This document shows positions 52,749 through 63,141 of a stretch of 64,000 bases of DNA, one piece after another. Made by a program: the position numbers and the translations under genes. The stretch lies in the NCBI GenBank assembly GCA_041748235.1, contig JBGTDO010000029.1:6345-70344 (forward strand), in the 5' to 3' direction. Source of the DNA: Akkermansiaceae bacterium. GTDB lineage: Bacteria; Verrucomicrobiota; Verrucomicrobiia; Verrucomicrobiales; Akkermansiaceae. How positions within the stretch are numbered: position 1 is the first letter of the stretch; every line of letters begins with the position of its first letter. The notes beneath the pieces were generated by a model that saw only the letters and a program-made list of their open reading frames with translations, did not search any database and was not told the origin of the DNA.

Positions 52749-53840
52749 TCAAGGGGTCGGTGGCGGTGGTGGCGGGGGCTCCTCGTCGACCTTTGCGCCG
52801 ACGAGGAGCGAGGTCAAAACGCCGGTCACGAGGATGCCGATGATCACTGCGAGCACGGTCAGGTTGAACGAATCGCCCAGCCATGCTTTGAGGTATTTCG
52901 CGGTCAACATCTTTACGCCGACGAGGATTAGGATCAATGACAGGGCAGGCTTGAGATAGCGGAACTTGTTGAACAGGCCCGCCAAGGCGAAATACAGCGA
53001 GCGCAGGCCTAGAATCGCAAAGACGTTGCTGGTGAATACCAAGAAAGGATCGGCGGTGATGGCGAACACGGCGGGAATGGAATCGACCGCGAAAATCAAA
53101 TCGGTGACTTCCACTAGGATCAGGGCCACCGCTAGCGGCGTGAGCAGCCATTTTCCGGGTATCGCGGCCTCCACCACTGGGTCGGCCCGCTGCTCGAGTC
53201 CTGGTTCTGCGGCTTCATGAGACCACTCGCTCCCCGCCCGCACCATGAAATGCTGGCCGTGGAAGTCCCGCGTGATTGGGAAGAACCGCCGGATCCAGCG
53301 AACCACCACACTCTCTTCCGGGTGCTCTTCCTTCTCTGCGAAGACCAGCATCTTGATCCCGGTAAAAATGAGGAACACACCGAAGATGTAGAGGATCCAG
53401 TGGAAATGCTGTACCAGCACCGAGCCCATACCGATCATCGCGCCACGCATTACCAGCGCACCAAGGATGCCCCAGAACAAGACCCGGTGCTGGTAACGCG
53501 CCGGAACCGCCAGCGAGCCGAAGATCATCGCGATCACGAAGATGTTGTCCACGCTAAGTGACTTCTCGACGACGTATGCTGTTAGGTACTTCGTCGCCGC
53601 CAGACGTCCCGTGTTAATGACCTTGTCGAGAGGATCGACCGTCAGTCCGAGATCGAACCAGTGCCGGTCGTACGCGTAAAAAACCAGGATGGAAAACGAA
53701 AGCCCGAGTGTGATCCAGACTGCGGACCAGCCGAGAGACTCCTTGAAGCCGACGACGTGGGACTTCTTGTGGAAGACTCCGAGGTCGAGGGCAAGCATGG
53801 CAAACACAAAACCGATGAAGATCAACCACGCCCAGATCAT
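52749..53840 (-). CDS. TerC/Alx family metal-homeostasis membrane protein
   Basis: YVVEKSLSVDNIFVI, QHRVLFWGILGALVMRG, TDLIFAVDSIPAVFAIT, SNVFAILGLRSLYF. Confidence 0.93.
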   Translation of the reverse strand: MIWAWLIFIGFVFAMLALDLGVFHKKSHVVGFKESLGWSAVWITLGLSFSILVFYAYDRHWFDLGLTVDPLDKVINTGRLAATKYLTAYVVEKSLSVDNIFVIAMIFGSLAVPARYQHRVLFWGILGALVMRGAMIGMGSVLVQHFHWILYIFGVFLIFTGIKMLVFAEKEEHPEESVVVRWIRRFFPITRDFHGQHFMVRAGSEWSHEAAEPGLEQRADPVVEAAIPGKWLLTPLAVALILVEVTDLIFAVDSIPAVFAITADPFLVFTSNVFAILGLRSLYFALAGLFNKFRYLKPALSLILILVGVKMLTAKYLKAWLGDSFNLTVLAVIIGILVTGVLTSLLVGAKVDEEPPPPPPPTP

Positions 53841-54156
53841 GAGGTTGCTTAGTCTGAGTGCAACGAAGCTGCAACAGGAATATGCTCTTGGCGGCCTGAA
53901 CATCGCCAACTGAATTTCGAGAATCTGTGGAGCCAGATGCCTACGCATCGGCCCGCTGGCTGATCCGTCACCAGGAGCGGTCGGCTGCGGAGGAGGGATT
54001 GTTCACAGCCCGGCGGGCGCGGCTTTCGCCTGCAAGCCTGCCTACGGCACTTTTTCGCGCTGGCGCGCTATTCCTGCGCTGACGGCTCTGCTTCTGGATT
54101 TTTCCTTTCTCGACGGTGGGGTGGGCCGGGGGTAGTCTGGCCGCGAAAAAGTTTCT

Positions 54157-55011
54157 ATGCAGGAAGAACGGCGGGAGGGGGAGGATGGAGTTGAGAAGAG
54201 GGAAACTCTGAAGGAGCGGCTGTGTAGAATCATCTTCTTGTCGGACACACGGGCTGGCCACGCGTTTGACGTAATGCTGATGGTGCTGATTGGCATGAGC
54301 GTTCTGGTGGTGATGCTGGAAAGTGTGCCGAGCTTCCGGGAGGGGCATCGCTGGCTGTTTTGGAACCTTGAATGGTTTTTCACGATCATCTTTACGCTAG
54401 AGTACCTGGTGAGGATCGCGGTGGTGAGGCGGAAGAGGCGATATGTGCTGAGTTTTTTCGGTGTGGTGGATTTTCTGTCGATCCTGCCGACCTACGCGGC
54501 ACTTTTTATAACGGGCCCGCAATATCTGATGGTGATCCGGATGTTGAGGCTGCTGCGGATGTTCCGGGTGCTGAAGATGGCGCGCCACTTCGGTGAGGCG
54601 AACGTTCTGGTGCAGGCGCTGCGGGACAGCACGCCGAAGATCGCAGTGTTCTTGTTTTTCATTCTGACGCTGGTGTCGATCGAGGGGACGCTGATCTACA
54701 TGATTGAGGGGGAAACGAACGAGGGCTTCAGCTCGATTCCGCAGTCAATCTATTGGGCGATCGTAACGATCACGACGGTTGGGTTCGGTGATGCGGTGCC
54801 GGTGACGGTTGGGGGGAAGTTCCTGGCATCGTTTATCATGCTGACTGGCTTTTCGATCATCGCAGTGCCTGCGGGAATCGTAACTACCGAGATCGGCAAG
54901 GGGCTTTTGGATCTGAAGATGGACAAGCGGAAGTGCAAGGAGTGCGGCTGGCTCGGACATGATCCTGCGGCGCTTTTCTGCAAGCAATGCGGTTGCCGCT
55001 TGGAAGAGTGA
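54157..55011 (+). CDS. Ion transporter / voltage-gated K+ channel
   Basis: S4 RMLRLLRMFRVLK; pore YWAIVTITTVGFGD; C-terminal CxxC...CxxC zinc ribbon. Confidence 0.92.
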   Translation: MQEERREGEDGVEKRETLKERLCRIIFLSDTRAGHAFDVMLMVLIGMSVLVVMLESVPSFREGHRWLFWNLEWFFTIIFTLEYLVRIAVVRRKRRYVLSFFGVVDFLSILPTYAALFITGPQYLMVIRMLRLLRMFRVLKMARHFGEANVLVQALRDSTPKIAVFLFFILTLVSIEGTLIYMIEGETNEGFSSIPQSIYWAIVTITTVGFGDAVPVTVGGKFLASFIMLTGFSIIAVPAGIVTTEIGKGLLDLKMDKRKCKECGWLGHDPAALFCKQCGCRLEE

Positions 55012-55044
55012 ATGAAGACGCTCTACGTCGCTCCAATGGAGCAG

Positions 55045-56724
55045 TTACTCAGGCTGGGCCTGGTGAAGAGTGACTTGGGTGAAGGGAATGATCCAGCCGT
55101 GTTCGTTGCAGACATCGACGCAAATGCTCTGGATCCGGCGGCGGATGACGTTGTATTTCGGGGCGAGGCTACCATCGAAATCCGCTAGTATTTGATAATC
55201 GAGCGATGAGGAGCTGGCGGAGGAAAACTCGACCTTGATGGAGCGGACAACCTCGTGGCCTAATTCGGAGGCGAGAGTGAGATTTAAAGCGGAGGCAAAA
55301 ATTTTGGGGATCGATGTGGTCGATTCCGCTTGGTGCTGGTAATCGATGCCGAAGGTGGAGCAGACGCGGAAGCCGCGGGAGAGATTTTCCGGAGACATTT
55401 CCAGGAATTCCGGAGTCGGGTAGGTCTTGAAGCTGCTGCCGAGCTGCAGGACGACGACCTGCTCGGGACTTTGGGAAATGACTTTTCCGAACGTCTCATC
55501 GGATAGGATTAGCCAGTCGTCGGTTTCCGTGGGAAACCAGCGCTCCTTGGGATCAGGGGCGCGGGAAATCATTTCCATGACATACGAGATAGGGATCCGG
55601 AGGTGGCCGCCGTTGAGGCTGGGATTGGTGAAAATGGTGTAGAAGCCCAGGGAGGAAACCTTCCATGGCACTCCTTGGTAGATGACCCGCTCGCCCTCGC
55701 GGACAGGTCCGAGATTGAGAATCATGCGGATCTGGCCGAGGTAGGGCGGGAGAGCTGTTTTGCCGGCCCATGCGAGGCCGGCGATAACGATGACGATGAG
55801 GGTGAGCAGCAGCCAGTCGCCTCGAACGTAGAAAACGAAGAGGACGCTGAGGACTGAGAGCAGGATCGCAAATGTCATCGCCAGCACATCTGACAGGCGG
55901 CTGAAGATGTTGCTTTGGTCCTTTTTGAAAAGCGGGGTGAAGCGGCGGACCCAGAAGTAGAGCTTGCGGGCGGCGATGAAGGAAATGACGCCGGCGAGCA
56001 CGGCGATGAGGAGGTTCATGCCACGGCTGCGGAAAAAATCGCTGATGCCCCCGGAGAGCGTTTCCCAGACGGACTCCTGATCGCGAGTGCGCTCGTAAAT
56101 CTGCACTTCCAACACGGCAATCTGGCTGGAGGCCTCCGACTGACGTCCCGACCAGAGACGGCGTGCGGCCTGGAGCTCGGCTATAAGCGCAGGTTCGGTG
56201 GCGGCGGCGATCAAGTCGTCGATCCGGGCTAGAACGGTCTCGGTCTTGCGTTCACGTTCGTTCCAGACTTCGAGGGATTTGCGAAGCGCTTCAAGCTCGC
56301 GGGGTTTGGAAGTGGCGTCCCGGAGGCTGCTGAGGACGGGCTGCACAATATCCGTGATCTGCTCCTGGATCCCTCCGCCATCGGCGGTGACGCCTTCGTA
56401 TTCCGCAGCCTCGGAGCCTCCCACGATGTCTCGGAAATTGTCGCGAAGCTGGCGGATACGTTCTCGCTCGGCATCGATCCGTTCCCGGATCTCTTCGCGG
56501 GCGTCCTCTGTCACCGCCTCCCGTAGATCGGCCTGGAGGCGTTCGAGATCGGCGATGGCCTCGGTAAGAGGTTCGGCGATGGTCCTGAGCGAGTGCAGGC
56601 TTCGTTCAACTACCGGCGGCGGCTCCACCGCAGGTTCCGATTCCTGGGCAAGCACGTGACTAGGCAGCCCGAGCTGGAAGACCAGCCAAGACATGAGGAG
56701 GAACCAACGCATACGGCGCAGCAT
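55045..56724 (-). CDS. MscS-like mechanosensitive channel domain protein
   Basis: Signal peptide, periplasmic coiled coil, several TM segments, GPVREGERV, FGIDY, C-terminal WIIPFTQVTLH. Confidence 0.7.
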   Translation of the reverse strand: MLRRMRWFLLMSWLVFQLGLPSHVLAQESEPAVEPPPVVERSLHSLRTIAEPLTEAIADLERLQADLREAVTEDAREEIRERIDAERERIRQLRDNFRDIVGGSEAAEYEGVTADGGGIQEQITDIVQPVLSSLRDATSKPRELEALRKSLEVWNERERKTETVLARIDDLIAAATEPALIAELQAARRLWSGRQSEASSQIAVLEVQIYERTRDQESVWETLSGGISDFFRSRGMNLLIAVLAGVISFIAARKLYFWVRRFTPLFKKDQSNIFSRLSDVLAMTFAILLSVLSVLFVFYVRGDWLLLTLIVIVIAGLAWAGKTALPPYLGQIRMILNLGPVREGERVIYQGVPWKVSSLGFYTIFTNPSLNGGHLRIPISYVMEMISRAPDPKERWFPTETDDWLILSDETFGKVISQSPEQVVVLQLGSSFKTYPTPEFLEMSPENLSRGFRVCSTFGIDYQHQAESTTSIPKIFASALNLTLASELGHEVVRSIKVEFSSASSSSLDYQILADFDGSLAPKYNVIRRRIQSICVDVCNEHGWIIPFTQVTLHQAQPE

Positions 56725-56766
56725 GAACCTCTATGGCCTGCCGCGCAAATCACATTTCCTTTGAAA

Positions 56767-57849
56767 CTACAGGAGATTTTCCGGCAGGAGGTCCGAAAGC
56801 TTCTTGATCGAATCCGCCTGGTGGCGGTTGGCGATGAGGATCGCGTCCTTGGTTTGTACGATAATCAGATCGTCCACGCCCAGGAGGGCAATGTGGGTGC
56901 CGGTCGTCGAATTGAAGACGATGTTGTTTTCGGAATCGATCTGGGAGACCTGCTGGTTGGCGCGGTTGTTGGAGCCGGCGTCGGAAAGATACTTGGCGAT
57001 CGAGACCCATGAGCCTACGTCGTCCCAATCGAAAGTGGCCTCGATGTTGAGGACGCGATCGGCGCTCTCCATGAGGGCGTAGTCGATGGAGATTGGGGTC
57101 AGCTTTGGAAATTGGGCGGCGACGGTGGCGTTGATGTCGCTGCTGCGGCGGAGCTCGGAGACAAAGCCAGCGAGCTCGGGAGCGTGGCTCGCGAGCTGTT
57201 TCAGAACCGTGGGGAGAGACCAGACGAACATCCCTGCGTTCCAGGAAAAGCCGCCGGCGTTGATGAATTGCTCGGCGAGGTCGGCATTGGGCTTTTCGCG
57301 GAAGCGCTTTACTTCATAGGGAGGGTGCTCGCATTCGATGCCGGGGAGGGAGGCGCGGTTGCCGCGCTCGATGTAGCCATAAGAAGGGCAGGCCCAGGTG
57401 GGGCGGAGGCCGATGGTGACGAGGCCGTCCGATTTTTCAGCAACCAGCAGAGCGTCTCTCATGACCGACTGATAAGCTTCGGTATCCTGGATGAGCTGGT
57501 CGGCGGGGAGGACCATCATGACGGCGTCGGGGTTACGCGCGGCGACGAGGCCGATCCCGAGAGCAACCGCAGGGGCGGTGTCCCGCTTGGCGGGTTCGGC
57601 GAAAACGTTCTCAGGTGGCAGCATGTGGGCGACTTCCCGCACGGCGTCCACCTGCAGCGAATTGGTGAGAATCATGATGTTCTCCAGCGGGACCAAGCCC
57701 TGAAGGCGGGATACAGTCTGCTCTAGCAGGGTGCCAGTGCCGAAGAGGTCAAGCAGCTGCTTGGGCCGGTCATTTCGGCTGAGGGGCCAGAAGCGAGTGC
57801 CGGATCCACCGGCGAGGATTAGGGCGTAAGTGTTTTCGGGAGTCGGCAT
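56767..57849 (-). CDS. manC: Mannose-1-phosphate guanylyltransferase
   Basis: LAGGSGTRFWPLSR..PKQ, EPAKRDTAPA, FREKP, WNAGMF, SIDYALME, WDDVGSW; no PMI domain. Confidence 0.92.
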   Translation of the reverse strand: MPTPENTYALILAGGSGTRFWPLSRNDRPKQLLDLFGTGTLLEQTVSRLQGLVPLENIMILTNSLQVDAVREVAHMLPPENVFAEPAKRDTAPAVALGIGLVAARNPDAVMMVLPADQLIQDTEAYQSVMRDALLVAEKSDGLVTIGLRPTWACPSYGYIERGNRASLPGIECEHPPYEVKRFREKPNADLAEQFINAGGFSWNAGMFVWSLPTVLKQLASHAPELAGFVSELRRSSDINATVAAQFPKLTPISIDYALMESADRVLNIEATFDWDDVGSWVSIAKYLSDAGSNNRANQQVSQIDSENNIVFNSTTGTHIALLGVDDLIIVQTKDAILIANRHQADSIKKLSDLLPENLL

Positions 57850-57961
57850 ACGCGCGGGAGAGTAGCGGATCGATCCACGGGGGGAAGGGATAATATGGTG
57901 ACATTTCGCCGCAAGCTTTTCTGAGGTTGTGGTGAGTGGGGAAAGCCTCTAGGGTTTCCCT

Positions 57962-58285
57962 ATGTCAGATGCGCATACGGATACGACGCCGGTTTGGATC
58001 GAGGGGAGCACTATGGCCGCGCCGGCGATACTCGGTGCCGCCGCAGGTCTGCTGCTAAGCGGGCTCATGCACGAAAAGGGCCGCCGGGGCGTCGGCATCG
58101 GCTTGGGGATCCTCGGGGTAGTGGCGCTGCTGCCGCTGGCGGTGGACGAAGTGGCGAGTCTGATCGCTGGACCGCGGAGCAAACTGGGCGTCCGCAGGAA
58201 AATTCAAAGGATCCGTGATATTGGAATCGGCTCACCGAGTTACGACGAAGTGGAAGAGGAGCTGCGGGAGCGCGGAGTGATTTGA
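57962..58285 (+). CDS. Small hypothetical membrane protein
   Basis: 107 aa with two Gly-rich hydrophobic segments. Confidence 0.65.
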   Translation: MSDAHTDTTPVWIEGSTMAAPAILGAAAGLLLSGLMHEKGRRGVGIGLGILGVVALLPLAVDEVASLIAGPRSKLGVRRKIQRIRDIGIGSPSYDEVEEELRERGVI

Positions 58286-58557
58286 CTCCAAAGGCAAATT
58301 GCACGGGCTGGACGTTTTTGCACGGTGCACGAGTCTCCTGATTTGCCCCTTTTAAGGGTATGATGGCCCTGAATGCCTTGGAACTTCGAGATCGTCCAAA
58401 GTTGAGCCCGGCGGCATGCGAGCTGCTGGATTGAGGTTGCCTACCACTTCGTGTCTCACACTCGTGGGGAATTTCACGAAATCAATGGAAAAAGGGAATA
58501 AAATCCCCGATTCACACCGCTAACAGGGGTAGATCAACATTTAATCAGGAAAAAATC

Positions 58558-59409
58558 ATGTCTTACGAATCCGACTCGAGCCTTAAGCTTTATCTCCGGG
58601 AAATTTCTAGAACTCCTTTGCTGACCATTCAGGAAGAGATCGAGCTGGCCGAACGCATTAAAAACGGTGACGGGGAAGCCCGTGCCCACATGATCAAAGC
58701 GAACCTTCGGCTGGTCGTGAAAATCGCCCAGGACTACTCGAATTACGGCCTGCCTGTAACGGACCTCATTTCCGAGGGAAACATTGGCCTGATGAAGGCG
58801 GTTGAGCGATTTGACCCTGAAAAAGGAGGTAAACTCTCTACCTACGCCGCTTGGTGGATCAAGCAATCGATCAAGCGCGCCTTGGCGAACCAGTCGAAGA
58901 CGATTCGCCTGCCGGTCCACATGGTGGACAAGATCGCGAAAATGCGCCGGATTTCCTCCATGCTTGCCGAGGCCTTGGGCCGTGAGCCTACTGATGAGGA
59001 GCTCGCCGACGAGGTGGGTCTGCCACGGCGCAAGCTGGCCATGCTCAAGCAGGCGTCCCAACGGCCGACTTCCCTCGACGCTCCGATCAACGATGGTGAA
59101 TCGACTGAATATGGAGAGATCATTAGCGACGAGCGCGCCGAAAACCCATTGGACATGCTCGCTGACAAGAACCTGCATGGTGAAATCGATGGGTTGCTCT
59201 CCGTGCTGGACGAACGCGAGCGCAGGATTATCGACGAGCGTTTCGGCCTGAATGGAAAGAAGCCGCTGACTTTGGAAGAGGTCGGCCGCGAATTCGGAGT
59301 CACCCGGGAGCGTATTCGCCAGCTTCAGAACTCCGCGCTCACCAAGATGCGCCGCGCGCTGCGTAAAAAGGAGAAACCTATGCCGAAGCCAGCCGCTGGC
59401 TTGGCCTAA
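58558..59409 (+). CDS. RNA polymerase sigma-70 factor, RpoD/SigA family (no region 1.1)
   Basis: LKLYLREI, ANLRLVVKIA, DLISEGNIGLMKAVERFD, STYAAWWIKQ, TLEEVG..FGVTRERIRQ. Confidence 0.95.
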   Translation: MSYESDSSLKLYLREISRTPLLTIQEEIELAERIKNGDGEARAHMIKANLRLVVKIAQDYSNYGLPVTDLISEGNIGLMKAVERFDPEKGGKLSTYAAWWIKQSIKRALANQSKTIRLPVHMVDKIAKMRRISSMLAEALGREPTDEELADEVGLPRRKLAMLKQASQRPTSLDAPINDGESTEYGEIISDERAENPLDMLADKNLHGEIDGLLSVLDERERRIIDERFGLNGKKPLTLEEVGREFGVTRERIRQLQNSALTKMRRALRKKEKPMPKPAAGLA

Positions 59410-59434
59410 GACTCTGCGCACTTATCACAAATCT

Positions 59435-59472
59435 AGAAAACGACCGCAGGGGAGCCCCTGCGGTCGTTTTCT
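59435..59472. terminator. Bidirectional intrinsic terminator
   Basis: AGAAAACGACCGCAGGGG-AG-CCCCTGCGGTCGTTTTCT, a perfect inverted repeat between convergent genes. Confidence 0.9.
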
Positions 59473-59480
59473 TTGGGAAA

Positions 59481-59921
59481 TCAGAGGCCGGTGGTTTCGA
59501 CGAGGGCGCGGAGCTGAGTTTGGAATTCTAGAATGTCTTCCTGGCTGGGTTTGTAGCCGACGGAGTCAGGATCGAGCCTTGGACGTCCGGCCGCATCGAT
59601 CATCCAGATCGCAGTTTCCCCATCGCTAAAGGTGGCTTTTCCGCTCACCATCGCACCCGGAAGAGCGATCGTATCCATTGTCACGATTACCTCGCCGGTT
59701 GGGACGGGCGTGGCCTTTTTTTCAACCGCTGGCTCTTCCTTTTTCTCCTCTTTTAGCTCGATGTTTAGATCGAGGATGATGAAGCGGGTGTCCATGTAGG
59801 TGACGGAAAGGTCAAACTCTTCCTTCATGCGAAGCTGGAGGTCGGGGAGGGTTGCCCCCTCCTCGGCCCACTTTCGGATGGTGGCGACCTGATTTTCGGA
59901 AAGCTGCTTTGGACTGAACAT
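59481..59921 (-). CDS. Conserved hypothetical protein
   Basis: From ATG 59921: WAEEGATLPDLQ...TYMDTRFIILDL...PGAMVSGKATFSDG. Confidence 0.75.
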   Translation of the reverse strand: MFSPKQLSENQVATIRKWAEEGATLPDLQLRMKEEFDLSVTYMDTRFIILDLNIELKEEKKEEPAVEKKATPVPTGEVIVTMDTIALPGAMVSGKATFSDGETAIWMIDAAGRPRLDPDSVGYKPSQEDILEFQTQLRALVETTGL

Positions 59922-60042
59922 GGGGGTATTCTGGATCACAGGACTCTTTTGCCCAGAGCTAAAATTTACTCCATTCATCTCCGCGTGCAATCCTTGTTGT
60001 GGGCGGAGTTGGGGCCGATTCACCGCCTTGAGCGGTTCTGTG

Positions 60043-60076
60043 AAAAAAGAACCGCCGCCCCTTCCGGGACGGCGGT
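60043..60076 (-). terminator. Intrinsic terminator after the redoxin gene
   Basis: ACCGCCGTCCC...GGGCGGCGGT stem followed by TCTTTTTT on the minus strand. Confidence 0.75.
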
Positions 60077-60111
60077 CATTCGAAACACAACAATGGGAAC
60101 TACAGATGAAA

Positions 60112-60708
60112 TTAGTATTTCACGCCGCAGCCGTAAGGCTCGTTCTTGGCGTTCACGACTTCGTTGCCGCTGATGACGGCGTCGAGGGCGTTGGCGAAGA
60201 TTGGATCGGCGCTCTCGATATCGGCTTGTTCGGCCGTGGCTTTTGAATCGATTGCGCCGCTGTAGGCGATCTTGCCTTCTTTATCAATAATGATCATTTG
60301 AGGCGTCACCTTGGCGTCGAAGGCTTTGCCAACCTTGCCATCGGTATCGACAATGACATGGGTGGCTTTGCTGCCTTGTTCCTGGACTTTTTCCCCCAAT
60401 TTTGAGGCTTCCATGTGGCCTTGCTTGCCTTCCGCAGAGGAATTCACCGTGAGCCAGACAACGTCCTGCTCCGTATACTTGCTCTGCAGTTTCTGCATGT
60501 TTTTTGACTCGTAATGCTTTTTCACGAAGGGGCAGTCGAAGTTCAGCCATTCGAGGACGACGACTTTGCCGTCGAGGTCTTCGCTGCTGACTTTTTCGCC
60601 TTGGGTATTGGAGGCGCTGAAGTCAGGGGCGTCGCTGCCGACTTCAGCGGCAAAAGATGTAGCGAGAGCGAAGGCTCCGACGAGTGAGGTGGTGATTAAC
60701 GTTTTCAT
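60112..60708 (-). CDS. Exported thioredoxin-like / redoxin (AhpC-TSA) protein
   Basis: Signal peptide; APDFS, VVLEWLNFDCPFVKKHY, YSGAIDS, PYGCGVKY. Confidence 0.88.
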   Translation of the reverse strand: MKTLITTSLVGAFALATSFAAEVGSDAPDFSASNTQGEKVSSEDLDGKVVVLEWLNFDCPFVKKHYESKNMQKLQSKYTEQDVVWLTVNSSAEGKQGHMEASKLGEKVQEQGSKATHVIVDTDGKVGKAFDAKVTPQMIIIDKEGKIAYSGAIDSKATAEQADIESADPIFANALDAVISGNEVVNAKNEPYGCGVKY

Positions 60709-60824
60709 GGAGTTGTTTTAATTATGTCCGGGACGCTTTTATAGCGTCCCGGGGAGCAGAACCTATCTGCGGAATTCCAGAAATCCTGCACTTTTTTCAG
60801 AATCTTCGTCCGCAAGACAACATA

Positions 60825-61877
60825 TCAGGAAATGTAAGTGCTCAGGAGTCCGATCGCTGCCTGGATGGAGGAGAGGGAGGCGGTTTCCTGTGCAGTATGA
60901 TAGCCTGTGGTGGGGATTTGGACGGTGGTGCCGTTGATCTGGCCGTCGGTGGCGGCGGCGAGGCGGCCTAATTCGGTGCGTCCGAGAGAGAGTGGCCTTT
61001 CCCGCTGGAGATTCTGCTGCTCAATCCACTCGTCTTTGAACGTGTGGGAAATGCCAAGCATTTGACAGCGGTCCTGGATTTCGGCAGTGAAGTCGGGATC
61101 GAAGACAGCACTGGCGTCCTTTTTCCGCAGGACGAGGTGCTGCTCTGCTGCGGCCTCCGGGGTCGGGTAGGGGCTGGTATCCAGCACCAGCAGACGGGAT
61201 GTGGTGATCGACTCACGCTGAAGCCAGGCGAGCGCGTATCTCCAGCTCCGGCCGGCTTCTTCTTGGGCGGTGAAAAGGGCGGTGCCTTGGAAACCGATGC
61301 GAAAGAGGTGGAGGATCAGCGCGACGCTGACGACGTTGTCGAGCTGGGCGGAAATGTGATTCTCGGTGAGCGAGAGTCGATCGAGAAATGAGACGGGGGT
61401 GCCGGGCTCGACGTGGTTCAGGCCCTCGAGCTCGAAAATCAGGTTTAGCCGCTTTTGGCAAAAGTAGCTGGAGGCGATGGTCCCTTGGCCAATGTAAGTG
61501 CCGCTATATGGAAGGTGAGCTTGGACACGCTGGCCGGTGAAGCGGTTCGCGATGGTGGCGATCATCTGCTCGGACACCGAATCACCGGTGAGCTCGCTGC
61601 GGTTGCCGGCGATGAACGCGGCGTATTGGAACTCATTCGGCCCGGTGCATACAAGGCCGTTGCGATCGATGTGCGCTGAGAGAACGACGCTGTCCGGCGC
61701 GTTTCCACGGGCCACCAGAATCCCGCTGTGCCGCTCGACTGAAATGTCCAGCTCTTCTAACTCTCGCCTGACGACCCGAAAGAAGGCGTCCTCCGCACCG
61801 ACCACCGACGGCTCGCGGACCAAATGGCGCAAGGTAATGAGGAAGCCGGAAAGGTCGTTGGTGGGAGAGGGATACAT
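60825..61877 (-). CDS. M42/M28-like zinc peptidase family protein
   Basis: SAHIDR, AQLDN, FTAQEEAG, LDT, C-terminal YHT. Confidence 0.75.
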   Translation of the reverse strand: MYPSPTNDLSGFLITLRHLVREPSVVGAEDAFFRVVRRELEELDISVERHSGILVARGNAPDSVVLSAHIDRNGLVCTGPNEFQYAAFIAGNRSELTGDSVSEQMIATIANRFTGQRVQAHLPYSGTYIGQGTIASSYFCQKRLNLIFELEGLNHVEPGTPVSFLDRLSLTENHISAQLDNVVSVALILHLFRIGFQGTALFTAQEEAGRSWRYALAWLQRESITTSRLLVLDTSPYPTPEAAAEQHLVLRKKDASAVFDPDFTAEIQDRCQMLGISHTFKDEWIEQQNLQRERPLSLGRTELGRLAAATDGQINGTTVQIPTTGYHTAQETASLSSIQAAIGLLSTYIS

Positions 61878-61931
61878 CGATTCCTGGCGATTGCTAACAG
61901 GAGGTGCCCGTCAGGGAAAGCAGTAGGAGCG

Positions 61932-62747
61932 TCACCTTGGTCTGGTGGGGGTGGAAATAACGAAGGGGCCCTTATCGCCATTGGCTAGGACTAGGGAGAT
62001 GGACTCCGGCATCCCATTGAGGTATTCGCTTGTGAGGGCACGGGCCCGCCAGGTGTTGGGTGAGTCCGGGTCCTCTTTAAAAGTAGGCTTGGCGGCGGGA
62101 TCGATAACGTTTCGTGTGGCCGGGAAAATCTCGAATTCTGTGGGATCAACGTCCGAGCCAGGGGGGAGGGTGAGGGTCATGACGATGTTTTCCTTTTCCA
62201 GTTCCACCTTTAGGACTGAATCAGGAAGGGGCTGCGGGATGGCGGAATACGCCTTTTCAATCAGTCCGTGTTGGCCAGCGCCTTTGTCGTCCCCGGATGG
62301 TCCGGACTCGATCCGCAGGGAGATTTCAGCAGAGCCAGGGACACAGGAGGAATCGTTGCACGCGAGCCAAGAGAGCTTTCCGGAAAGGGTGACAGGGCCG
62401 GAAATGCTGGGCGGCGGGGTGATGTCGACCGGAAGAAGAACCTCGGCTTCGTAGCCCAGCCCCGGGAGATCGCCGGTCATGAAGCGGATCGGTGCCGGAT
62501 GTTGAATGTCGCCTGCCGACCAGCCTTCTGGAAGATCCCAGCTCACCGAGAGGGGCATGCCGCCCTCGCCGGGATTGATCCAGTAGGTGTGCCAGCTCTC
62601 GTCGACTGAAAGTTTGACGACGGTGCGAATGGTGCCTGTTGTTGGAACCGGCGTATCGGCGATCCATTCCGCTTTTGCATGGCCGGAGGTCGGAGCGGCG
62701 CTGGTTGCGATAACGGTGAGGGCAAAGGCTGTCAGACAGGACTTCAT
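61932..62747 (-). CDS. Protein-disulfide reductase DsbD N-terminal domain protein
   Basis: Signal from ATG 62747; WHTYWINPGEGGMP...W.LPEGW...WLACNDSSCVPG. Confidence 0.82.
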   Translation of the reverse strand: MKSCLTAFALTVIATSAAPTSGHAKAEWIADTPVPTTGTIRTVVKLSVDESWHTYWINPGEGGMPLSVSWDLPEGWSAGDIQHPAPIRFMTGDLPGLGYEAEVLLPVDITPPPSISGPVTLSGKLSWLACNDSSCVPGSAEISLRIESGPSGDDKGAGQHGLIEKAYSAIPQPLPDSVLKVELEKENIVMTLTLPPGSDVDPTEFEIFPATRNVIDPAAKPTFKEDPDSPNTWRARALTSEYLNGMPESISLVLANGDKGPFVISTPTRPR

Positions 62748-63141
62748 GGAAAGATGATGATGTAAAAAGAGAAGACGGCAAAGATTTCTTGAGAATCGGG
62801 TTCTTTTGCGAAGTACCGTCCCAGTGTGATAAATGTAGTCGGGTAATCGTTGGTGTTTGAGCTTGAGATCGGAATGGCGGGAGTAGCGGAGGTCGGCAAG
62901 GGTCCGAGAAAAGACAAGCACGGGGTCCTGCTTGCCGCCGAACGAAAAGGCGGACGTCTCAATTGTCTGTGCACAAGCGGTCGAGATACTCGTTCGATGG
63001 TTTCACGCAAGGTGTGAAAGCAGAGGACGTGGTGGAGTAGCGGAAGTCTCATCTGCGGCAGCGCCGTGGGGAGGGAGTGTGCTTTTTTCCGTGTGGAAAA
63101 GGGACGGGCGTGTCTAGCCTCTGCCCGTCTTCCTATCTCCC

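Noticed and set aside
53841-54156. yybP-ykoY (Mn2+) riboswitch expected upstream of a TerC/Alx gene
   Set aside because: The conserved GGGGAGUA-type motif could not be found on the minus strand.
58534-59421. 295-aa minus-strand ORF
   Set aside because: Antisense to the sigma factor.
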